64,000 nt of DNA from Macrostomum hystrix. Its lineage: Eukaryota; Animalia; Platyhelminthes. Positions within the stretch are counted from its first letter, which is position 1. Each line of letters opens with the position of its first letter. The stretch spans positions 4,588,001-4,652,000 of the forward strand of contig CATNEN010000025.1 of the NCBI GenBank assembly GCA_950097015.1, in the 5' to 3' direction. Made by a program: the position numbers and the translations under genes. Of the stretch, positions 35,166-45,780 are shown piece after piece. Under the pieces are notes generated by a model. The model was not told the DNA's origin. It saw only the letters and a list, made by a program, of their open reading frames with translations, and did not search any database.

Positions 35166-35611
35166 ATAGGACACATTTTCCTAATAGTAACAATTACGTT
35201 TTAATCTCATGAAGCTCCATGTACAGAGCTCAACATTGTCGAAAGCTCACAAAGTCTGTGTGTTTACACAGCTGAAATGCGCACGTATCAGCTAGGCTAG
35301 CGCCCAAATTACAGAAGTGTAAGATGTAAAATTTGCGCAAATTCTTGTTTCGACGTGAAGTTGTTGGGGCAACAATTTTCAAGCAACAATCGAATGAAAT
35401 AGAATGCGCAACTCATCGCGGCGCAAGATAAAGCAGATAAAACTGATAAAACTGATTAACTGATAACAATAACAACTACTAATGCTACACTTAGTGCACA
35501 TTATAACACCTGTATAAGAGGTGTATTAGGTGAAAATTGTAGTTAAAAAATTAAAAGAGTCTACTTTTTAAAACACTTCAAAAAAACAAAGACCATGGTA
35601 GAAATAGTCAA

Positions 35612-36652
35612 GGCTAAAGAGTCAAGGGTAGAGAGGTAGAGAGAGTCAAGGGTAGAGAGAGTCAAGGGTAGAGAGAGTCAAGGGTAGAGAGAGTCAAGGG
35701 TAGAGAGAGTCAAGGGTAGAGAGAGTCAAAGGTAGTGAGAGTCAAGGGTAGAGAGAGTCAAGGGTAGAGAGAGTCAAGGGTAGAGAGATTCAAGGGTAGA
35801 GAGAGTCAAGGGTAGAGAGATTCAAAGGTAGTGAGAGTCAAGGGTAGAGAGAGTCAAGGTTAGAGAGAGTCAAGGGTAGAGAGAGTCAAGGGTAGAGAGG
35901 TAGAGAGAGTCAAGGGTAGAGAGAGTCAAGGGTAGAGAGAGTCAAAGGTAGTGAGAGTCAAGGGTAGAGAGAGTCAAGGTTAGAGAGAGTCAAGGGTAGA
36001 GAGAGTCAAGGGTAGAGAGAGTCAAGGGTAGAGAGAGTCAAGGGTAGAGAGAGTCAAGGGTAGAGAGAGTCAAGGGTAGAGAGAGTCAAGGGTAGAGAGA
36101 GTCAAGGGTAGAGAGAGTCAAAGGTAGAGAGAGTCAAGGGTAGAGAGAGTCAAAGGTAGAGAGAGTCAAGGGTAGAGAGAGTCAAGGGTAGAGAGAGTCA
36201 AGGGTAGAGAGAGTCAAGGGTAGAGAGAGTCAAGGGTAGAGAGAGTCAAAGGTAGAGAGAGTCAAGGGTAGAGAGGTAGAGAGAGTCAAGGGTAGAGAGA
36301 GTCAAGGTTAGAGAGAGTCAAGGGTAGAGAGGTAGAGAGAGTCAAGGGTAGAGAGAGTCAAGGGTAGAGAGAGTCAAGGGTAGAGAGAGTCAAGGGTAGA
36401 GAGAGTCAAGGGTAGAGAGAGTCAAGGGTAGAGAGTCAAGGGTAGAGAGAGTCAAAGGTAGAGAGAGTCAAGGGTAGAGAGAGTCAAAGGTAGAGAGAGT
36501 CAAGGGTAGAGAGAGTCAAGGGTAGAGAGAGTCAAGGGTAGAGAGAGTCAAGGGTAGAGAGAGTCAAGGGTAGAGAGAGTCAAGGGTAGAGAGAGTCAAG
36601 GGTAGAGAGAGTCAAGGGTAGAGAGAGTCAAGGGTAGCGAGTCAAGGGTAGT
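35612..36652 (+). repeat. 16-bp minisatellite (AGGGTAG core) upstream of innexin
   Basis: Unit CAAGGGTAGAGAGAGT. Confidence 0.97.
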
Positions 36653-36989
36653 GTTGATGGTAGAGGCTTTTTTTAATATTTTAGTCTGTGAAGCAGTGCT
36701 GGCACAGAGTTTGTGTGAAAGGCGCAGAGTGGCATGACGTGTAGCAGATCTAATCGCATAATAATGAACCCGCTGTCAAGACAATCGATAAAAAGCCATT
36801 TCCATAGTTTCCAGTCCCGCGCCAGTTGCAGCATCAGTTGCAACAAGATAGGAAACTTTGGGCATTGTTAACATGTTTATATTCATCTTAGCTAATGCCA
36901 GTAAGCCTCTGGGGTCAAAAGTTTCTACTTTTTCAACCAATGTAAACAGCTTCTTTTATTTGGTAGATACTTGTAGGTTTAATTATTGA

Positions 36990-37322
36990 GGGGAGGTGGT
37001 AGGTGGCAGAGCGGTTAACGCGTTTGCCTCTCGCACCATGGTCCCTCCGCGGCGAGGCGACATTTACTTGGGGCGCAGCCGCGGAGAGAAGGCTTTGGTG
37101 CTTGTCATGCAATTTACGCCCTTGAGGGCCAAACTCCAAGGCACAGTGAGAGTGTACACTGCCTGACAATCAGGCCAGATGTACACACCTGTGTGAGCGT
37201 AGGCCTGTGTACGTGTGTGCTCAGGAGTCAGCGGAACGTGCTCCTCGCTAGCGGCGGGTCTAGTGCCAACAAACTGCGCCATTGCCCCAGCCCTTCTGAA
37301 ATGATTTTTAGTTTTATTATTA
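36990..37322 (+). mobile_element. SINE family A copy (B-box region deleted), followed by a partial head at 37335-37412
   Basis: GGTGGCAGAGCGGTTAACGCGTTTGCCTCTCGCACC head and the family A body. Confidence 0.88.
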
Positions 37323-37799
37323 AGGGATTAAGTAAGAGAGCGGTTTAACGCGTCTGCCTCTCGCATCAAGGTACCTGAGCTCGAATCCGCGGCAGCCGCA
37401 GAGAGAAGGCTACAGTTGGGTGCTAAAGGGCCGCCCAGTTAGTGCCCGTGAGGACAGATTGGATGGAGCTTGCTAGTTAACGAGCGTAACTGTTGCCGCA
37501 GCAGTCAGGTCAGCCTCAGGGAGAGAGGTAGAGGGCGAGCGCGCAAAACCCAATTCACACCGGATTTCCGTTAAAGAACCAGCGTTATAAAGTCGGACCA
37601 AAAAACTGCTATAGACCATCACAGGTTTTCTGCACAATCAGTGCTTCGCTTATTCTTATTTACTATTTTGGTAAGTGAAACAGTTTTGTAATCCTCTTGG
37701 CACTTATTAATGAGACTGTGGTGGGTGCAGTTTTCAACACTCTGATTTCAGTGAGCAAGCCGGCGAACCTTATCAAAGGTTCCCTGAAGCCAAGCAAAA

Positions 37800-38142
37800 A
37801 TGGTTGGCTCCGATCTCATCGACATGTTCACAAAGTTCAAGGTCACTACTTACGTCGGCCTTGAAGACTTTGTTGACAAATTAAACTTTCTATTCACTTG
37901 CTCCTTCCTGATGCTATGCTGCACTGTGGTGACGGTCAAGACCTACATCATGTCGCCGCTCTCCTGCTACATAGCCACTCCCGTGTCCGGTTCAGGCAAT
38001 ATGGACTATGTGAGCGCCTGGTGCTGGGCTGAGGGCACCTACGCTATGGATGTGCGCGACATGGACGGTCTGAATGTGCACAACCTACCCAATATCGCGC
38101 ACCAGAAGATTCACTACTACCAATGGGTGCCATTTGTGCTGG
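37800..38142 (+). CDS. Innexin, exon 1 (gene 37800-40885, 503 aa)
   Basis: MVGSDL..VGLEDFVDKLN, EL1 cysteines (SCY, WCW) and the innexin signature YYQWVPF. Donor G|GTGAGT at 38142/38143. Confidence 0.97.
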
Positions 38143-38350
38143 GTGAGTTGGTCCTCAAAAAGTAGGGCTTTAAAACTTAACAAGCTCACGCCAGTCACGT
38201 GCGGAGAGATAGCAAAACTTAGAAATGAATTAGACCAAATGTACTGCGTGTACAACTTTCAGTCCATTGCAGTTCCACTGAGCACAAACTCACACTGCTA
38301 TGTCCACTCGCCCAGACTTTCTCATCGTCAGGTAGTGTACATTTTGGCTT

Positions 38351-39522
38351 TCTACCCTGGCCCCTCTCTACCCTTGACCCTCACTACCCTTGACCCTCAC
38401 TACCCTTGCCCCTCTCTACCCTTGCCCGTCTCTACCCTTGACCCTCACTACCCTTGCCCCTCTCTACCCTTGCCCGTCTCTACCCTTGACCCTCACTACC
38501 CTGGCCCCTCTCTACCCTTGACCCTCACTACCCTTGACCCTCACTACCCTTGCCCCTCTCTACCCTTGCCCGTCTCTACCCTTGACCCTCACTACCCTTG
38601 CCCCTCTCTACCCTTGCCTCTCTCTACCCTTGACCCTCACTACCCTTGCCCCTCTCTACCCTTGACCCTCTCTACCCTTGCCCCTCTCTACCCTTGACCC
38701 TCACTACCCTTGCCCCTCTCTACCCTTGCCCCTCTCTACCCTTGACCCTCACTACCCTTGCCCCTCTCTACCCTTGACCCTCTCTACCCTTGCCCCTCTC
38801 TACCCTTGCCTCTCTCTACCCTTGACCCTCACTACCCTTGCCCCTCTCTACCCTTGCCCCTCTCTACCCTTGACCCTCACTACCCTTGACCCTCTCTACC
38901 CTTGCCCCTCTCTACCCTTGACCCTCACTACCCTTGCCCCTCTCTACCCTTGCCCCTCTCTACCCTTGACCCTCACTACCCTTGCCCCTCTCTACCCTTG
39001 ACCCTCTCTACCCTTGCCCCTCTCTACCCTTGACCCTCACTACCCTTGCCCCTCTCTACCCTTGACCCTCACTACCCTTGCCCCTCTCTACCCTTGCCCC
39101 TCTCTACCCTTGACCCTCACTACCCTTACCCCTCTCTACCCTTGCCCGTCTCTACCCTTGCCCCTCCACCCTTGATCCTCTCTACCCTTGCCCCTCTCTA
39201 CCCTTGCTTCTCTCTACCCTTGATCCTCTCTACCCTTGCCCCTCTCTACCCTTGACCCTCACTACCCTTGATCCTCTCTACCCTTGCCCCTCTCTACCCT
39301 TGACCCTCACTACCCTTGCCCCTCTCTACCCTTGCTTCTCTCTACCCTTGATCCTCTCTACCCTTGCCCCTCTCTACCCTTGACCCTCACTACCCTTGAT
39401 CCTCTCTACCCTTGCCCCTCTCTACCCTTGACCCTCACTACCCTTGCCCCTCTCTACCCTTGCTTCTCTCTACCCTTGCCCCTCTCTACCCTTGCCCCTC
39501 ACTACCCTTGCCCCTCCACCCT
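38351..39522 (-). repeat. 16-bp minisatellite (CTACCCT core) in the innexin intron; reverse complement of the 35.6-kb array family
   Basis: Units TACCCTTGACCCTCTC / TACCCTTGCCCCTCTC / TACCCTTGACCCTCAC. Confidence 0.95.
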
Positions 39523-39716
39523 TTCTTCGGCCCACACGGGTATAAATTTTGAATTCGAACTCCTGACGCTCTCTCTCTCTCTAGAGGTCGGAGCTCTATC
39601 CAATGGGCTTACAAGCAAACTCTCTTGACTAGATGGCTGAAGAATGCTTGAGAAAGGTGGCTGTTACACTTTAGATTTTTTAAACACGCATATAACGCCA
39701 TGGAAACACACTTAAG

Positions 39717-40885
39717 GTCTCCAGTGCTGCCTGTTCTACATGCCCCGGGTGGTTTGGCAGTTCTTCAGTCACAACTGCGCCGGCACAGACTTGGAGTACA
39801 TCATCTCCCTGTCCAACGATGCCGTACACTCGGATCCGGAGAAGAGCAAAAAGCTGGTGGACTACATCACCAAGAGCCTGGAGGGCGTGTTCTACCAGCA
39901 CAGAGAGTACAGGACCAGCGGAGTGACCGTGCTCAAACGCCAACTCCACCGCGCTTTTACCTTCCTGCTGCCTAGCAAGAGGCTGGGCACCAAACTGGTG
40001 AACTTCTACATCGTCGTGAAGGTGCTGTACGCCCTGAACTCCATCAGCCAGCTGTACCTGATGCATAGCTTCCTGCGCATGCCGGGACAGTACCCCTTCT
40101 TCGGCTATGACCTGTTGCGCAATCTCAGCCGCGGCCTTGACTGGCAGAACACGCGAATCTTCCCGCGCATCGGCGGCTGCGGCATGTTGCTAAAAATAGC
40201 CGGCGCCACCCACTGGCAAATCGCCCAGTGCGCCCTGCCAGTCAACATGCTGAACGAGAAGCTGTACATCTTCCTGTGGTTCTGGATCTTCGGTCTGTCC
40301 GTGCTCAACTGTCTGAGCATCCTGCGCTGGACCATTCGCATCGCCATGGTCAAACGGCAGTACAAATTCGTGAAGAAGTTCCTCCGTCTCAATGGCGTCT
40401 TTAAGCGCGAGTCCGGCGATTGCATCGGGCTCAAGAAGGCCATCAGGCAGTTCTGCAAGGCCTTCCTCCGTCAGGACGGCATCTTCATCCTGAAGATGAT
40501 CTCAATCAACACTGGAGACGTCATCTGCTCTAAGATCATCAACCGGCTGTGGGAGACCTACAAGAAAAAGTACATCGAGCACGACTTTCGCAACGACGCC
40601 GACTTTGAGCACATTCGAGACCTCCCTGCCGCGGCCGCGGCTGAATTAGCGCTAGTTGGCGGAGGCGGTCCTAAAGACCCCGGAGCTTCGCCGTTGAAGC
40701 TGCCGGCATCGCTGACGCCGATCGGCTTCGTCGACGATGGCAATCGGCCGCTGCTCCACTCCGGCTCGCCAAGTCCGCAACCGTCCAAGCCTCCGTCACT
40801 GCCCCAGCGCTACCCGATGGTCAATGGCAACAAGCCGGGGAACTTCCGTTCGCCGAATGTCTACGCGGAAGAAATGAGGAAATGA
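39717..40885 (+). CDS. Innexin, exon 2
   Basis: TTAAG|GT completes the phase-1 Gly. Encodes LQCCLFYMPRVVW, FPRIGGC, QCALPVNMLNEKLYIFLWFW and FLRQDGIF. Joined CDS is 1512 nt. Confidence 0.96.
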
Positions 40886-41104
40886 GAAAACGAGGACGGA
40901 AGAATATTGGCCGGGGTGGGACGAGTCTGTTAAAGACTCAGATAAGCGAACCTTGAGCTAAAAGTTTTTTCGTGGCCTTTTTAACCAATTTTAATTATTG
41001 ACCACCGTTAGAAAACTGAAAAAATTATTAAAGGCTTCATCCTGTTGACATTGTGGCAAATCAATCAAACGATGTGGCTCTCTGCTTCAGAAGGTAAGAC
41101 ACCA

Positions 41105-41590
41105 AAGGGTAGATAGAGAGACGAGGGTAGAGAGACGAGGGTAGAGAGACGAGGGTAGAGAGACAAGGGTAGAAAGACGAGGGTAGAGAGACAAGGGTAG
41201 AAAGACGAGGGTAGAGAGACGAGGGTAGAAAGACGAGGGTAGAAAGACGAGGGTAGAGAGACAAGGGTAGAAAGACAAGGGTAGAGAGACGAGGGTAGAA
41301 AGACGAGGGTAGAGAGACAAGGGTAGAAAGACAAGGGTAGAGAGACGAGGGTAGAAAGACGAGGGTAGAGAGACGAGGGTAGAGAGACGAGGGTAGAAAG
41401 ACAAGGGTAGAGAGACAAGGGTAGAAAGACAAGGGTAGAGAGACAAGGGTAGAAGGACAAGGGTAGAGAGACAAGGGTAGAAGGACAAGGGTAGAGAGAC
41501 AAGGGTAGAGAGACAAGGGTAGAAAGACAAGGGTAGAAAGACAAGGGTAGAGAGACAAGGGTAGAGAGACGAGGGTAGAGAGACGAGGGT
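41105..41590 (+). repeat. 14-bp minisatellite (AGGGTAG core) downstream of innexin
   Basis: Units GAGGGTAGAGAGAC / AAGGGTAGAAAGAC. Confidence 0.96.
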
Positions 41591-42037
41591 ACATTTTTTG
41601 CAGCGATTTTGTTGAGCTTAATAGTGACTCTGTGCCATCTGAGTGTGATTTTTTGCAAATTAAATTACAAAAAATTAATTTTCTGTTTCAGTGATTTAAT
41701 AGCATGTATTTAGCATTACAAATTTGAAATTCAATGATCACAATAGCAGTGTCCCACCTGTGTCATCCTGTTTTTAAACCTTTATTATCAGGGCTACTAT
41801 GTACACATTGTCCTGTCTAATAGAGTTTTTCAAAAATATCTTTTTTTCACCGGGAAGTACGAGTATATATTTGAAATGTTGAAATGTCACATCTTTTCAA
41901 AGCAAGCAAATTACTTCAGTATCTGCATGTTTATTACAGGGCTAAAATTTGATCATTGCTTTATTAAATTAATAAAATTTGCAATACGATAAAAATTGCC
42001 TTTTGCAAAATTCTTTTTAAACACTAAGTCTGCACTC

Positions 42038-42415
42038 AAGTGGTGATTAGCAAAGCGGTTAACGCGTTTGCCTCTCGCACCAGGGTCCCTGAGCTCGATT
42101 CCGCGGCGAGGCCACATTCATTTTGGGCTCAGCCACGGAGAGAAAGCTTGGGGCTTGTCGTACAATTTACGCCCTTGAGGGTTAACCCTCCAAGGCACAA
42201 GGCTTCAAGGCAAGGCCTGACAATGAGAAAGTCAGGGCAGATGTACACACCTGTGTGTGCTTAGGCCTGTGTGTGCTCAGGAGTCAGCGGAATGGGCAGA
42301 ATTGCCTCCTCGCTAGTGGCGGGTCTAGTGTCACCAAACTGTGTGCCATTGCAATCAGTATTGTGTTTAACTACTTTTATTTTAGTAATTTTTCAGCTTT
42401 TATTATTATTATTAT
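42038..42415 (+). mobile_element. SINE family A, full length
   Basis: Head AGCAAAGCGGTTAACGCG..GAGCTCGATTCC, (ATT)n tail, TSD TAAGTCTGCA at 42025-42034 and 42416-42425. Confidence 0.88.
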
Positions 42416-42729
42416 TAAGTCTGCATTCCTTTACTTTCAGTAGTAAGCCTAGTCCGAAATTCCAAAATCCAACAGACAGAAGGATAGAAGCAATGTGGCT
42501 TCCCCGCGTCCGCAAGAATTATTCTGCGACCCCCTCTTGGGAGTCTGTCTCTTCCTGCAACAATTTTGCTTCATCAATTAACCGGCGCCTTGGTATCGAG
42601 ACAGAACAGAGACCGAAGGCATGTCTCCCCGGAGACGTGGATAGTAGGCACCGAATATTGCATTTTGTAAAGCAGCTCATTGCATTTTGCCCACTCTATT
42701 CAAGCCTCCGAACTACCATTTCCCCATCT

Positions 42730-42747
42730 GTGTCTGTCTGTCTGTCG

Positions 42748-42827
<80 letters not shown>

Positions 42828-42855
42828 GTCTATCTGCCTGTCTGTCTGTCTGTAT
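42730..42855. repeat. (CTGT)n microsatellite
   Basis: Direct tetranucleotide run. Confidence 0.97.
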
Positions 42856-43166
42856 CTCTGCCCAAAATGAGTGAGAATTAAACAGAGTGCTAGAGCAGAG
42901 CCATCTATTGGAAGTTGGAAAGGTGAGATTAAAAAGTGTGGATTTGCTGGTTGGGGCGGGGTTGAAACTTGTCAGAATTGGACGATGTCAAACTGTGGGC
43001 GCAACAGTGGGGGAACAGTTGTGAGCAGATCGGCTCAATCACGTGACGGGATTATCTCACAATCGGCTGCCAACTTTCATCGAAACTTAGGGCGCAAAGT
43101 TTCGCACCACATGCGTAATATGCAGTCCTGTGAAACTATCAGATTGAAAATATCAGCAGCAATCTG

Positions 43167-43418
43167 GGCACACCAATTGATTACTGTACTGAGCAGTCAA
43201 ATGAGCACACCTAATGATTACTGTCCTGAGCAGTCAAATGAGCACACCAATTGATTACTGTCCTGAGCAGTCAAATGAGCACACCAATTGATTACTGTCC
43301 TGAGCAGTCAAATGAGCACACCAAATGATTACTGTCCTGAGCAGTCAAATGAGCACACCAAATGATTACTGTCCTGAGCAGTCAAATGAGCACACCAAAT
43401 GATTACTGTCCTGAGCAG
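43167..43418. repeat. 37-bp minisatellite (~7 copies)
   Basis: Unit GATTACTGTCCTGAGCAGTCAAATGAGCACACCAA(T/A)T. Confidence 0.95.
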
Positions 43419-43944
43419 GTCACTTGAGTACATCTAACTGTAATCATGAGCAGCAGGACTCCAATGGTTCTAAGCTAGTTTATATGCTTCACATGACATT
43501 AATTTAGTCTTGAAACTCTAATGAGTTCAGGCGAACTCAGCCAGTCACTGCACGCTCTTCACTGCCTCATGGCCTGCGCGTTGAGTTTAACTATAATAAC
43601 TAATGCGAACAGCCCCGCCCACGTGTACAATACTTGACTTCAGCCGACTTCCCCGCCCTACTGCACTGGGAGATGAAATCTTCAAAGACGCATTACTTAC
43701 CCGCCCTGCACCGGGAAGCCTTATCACGGACGCATACTAACACACACAGTCAATCAATGCTTCCTTACTGCAAAAGCCGTACAAAAGGACTCAAAGGACT
43801 CAATCTGACAATGCGATTTTGTGTTTCGACAAGTGAACGAAGTGTACTAGGGTAAAATAAACAAGAAAATAATCATTTTCTCCTATTAAACATAACGGTC
43901 AAGACTACGGCGGGACCAGTGAAAGATAAGCCTTACAGCTGAAA

Positions 43945-45352
43945 TCCCAATTCTACCCTCCCTTTTCTTCCGTCCCTATTCTACCATCCCTATTCTACCC
44001 TCCCTTTTCTTCCGTCCCAATTCTACCCTCCCTATTCTATCCTCCCTATTCTACCCTCCCTATTCTAGCCACCCTACTCTTCCCTCCCTATTCTACCCTC
44101 CCTTTTCTTCCGTCCCTATTCTACCCTCCCTGTTCTATCCTCCCTATTCTACCCTCCCTATTCTACCCTCCCTACTCTTCCCTCCTCATTCTACCCTCCC
44201 TATTCTACCATCCCTATTCTACCCTCCCTTTTCTTCCGTCCCAATTCTACCCTCCCTATTCTATCCTCCCTATTCTACCCTCCCTATTCTAGCCACCCTA
44301 CTCTTCCCTCCCTATTCTACCCTCCCTTTTCTTCCGTCCCTATTCTACCCTCCCTGTTCTATCCTCCCTATTCTACCCTCCCTATTCTACCCTCCCTACT
44401 CTTCCCTCCTCATTCTACCCTCCCTATTCTACCCTCCCAATTCTATCCTTCCTTTTGTTCCCTCCCTATTCTACCCTCCCTACTCTTCCCTCCCTATTCT
44501 ATTCTCCCTATTCTACCCTCCTTATTCTACCCTCCTCATTCTACCCTCCCTATTCTACCCTCCCTATTCTATCCTTCCGTTTCTTCCCTCCCTCTTCTAC
44601 CCTCCCTACTCTTCCCTCCCTATATTCTATTCTCCCTATTCTACCCTCCTCATTTTACCATCCCTATTCTACCCTCCCTTTTCTTCCGTCCCTATTCTAC
44701 CCTCCATATTCTATCCTCCCTATTCTACCCTCCCTATTCTACCCTCCCTACTCTTCCCTCCCTATTCTACCCTCCCTTTTCTTCCGTCCCTATTCTACCA
44801 TCCCTATTCTACCCTCCCTTTTCTTCCGTCCCAATTCTACCCTCCCTATTCTACCCTCCCTATTCTACCCTCCCTATTCTACCCTCCTCATTCTACCCTC
44901 CCTATTCTACCCTCCCTATTCTATCCTTCCTTTTCTTCCCTCCCTATTCTACCCTCCCTACTCTTCCCTCCCTATTCTATTCTCCCTATTCTACCCTCCT
45001 CATTCTACCCTCTCTACTCTACCCTCCCTATTCTATCCTTCCTTTTCTTTCCTCCCTCTTCTACCCTCCCTACTCTTCCCTCCCTATATTCTATTCTCCC
45101 TATTCTACCCTCCTCATTTTACCCTCCCTATTCTACCCTCCTTATTCTATCCTTCCTTTTCTTCCCTCCCTATTCTACCCTCCCTACTCTTCCCTCCCTA
45201 TTCTATTCTCCCTATTCTATCCTTCCTTTTCCTCCCTCCCTATTCTACCCTCCCCATTCTACCCTCCACATTATACCCTCCCTATTCTACCCTCCCTATT
45301 CTACACACCCTTTTCTACCCTCCCTATTATCCTTATCTTTTATCCCCTACCC
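43945..45352. repeat. Composite pyrimidine-rich ~13-bp minisatellite (CTACCCT core)
   Basis: CCCTATTCTACCCT and variants; explains ORF 44455..45498. Confidence 0.93.
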
Positions 45353-45780
45353 TCCTCTTCAATCTTGTACTTCCTCTGCTCTCTTTCACAGATCCCATAA
45401 TCTTCGCTTCCACCCCCTTCTCTTCATCCGCTCCGCCCTCCCCAGTTCCGGTGTCCTATCCGCCATTGCAGACCGATGCAAAGTCCGAATTTCATTAATT
45501 AACAGAGGGACGACAGAGGAGACGTGGCGTATTTCCCTGAAATAGACGCGGAGGAAGATGAAGAGACTCCCAGTCTCTCTCGCGGCTTAATTAAGATGAT
45601 GGATGATGATAATTCTGAACCCTGAAGGGTCTACTCATTAGTATCTGGGGACTCACAAGATGGGATTTGTCTAAGTCAGTTTAATTGGTCGCTTTGGTTA
45701 GGGGGAAACAGCAGTATTTTCGGTGCACAAATCTCTCAAAATGCAAGCTTTGTTTTGTCGCAAAGCAACGATTCGCCCCG

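Noticed and set aside
35330-35343. Perfect 14-bp palindrome AATTTGCGCAAATT (C/EBP-like)
   Set aside because: A single short palindrome; insufficient evidence of function.
38074-39628. TLDPHYPCPSLPL-type ORFs; likewise 41061-41658, 44455-45498, 26280-27571, 33989-34656, 22038-22760
   Set aside because: All are translations of minisatellites.
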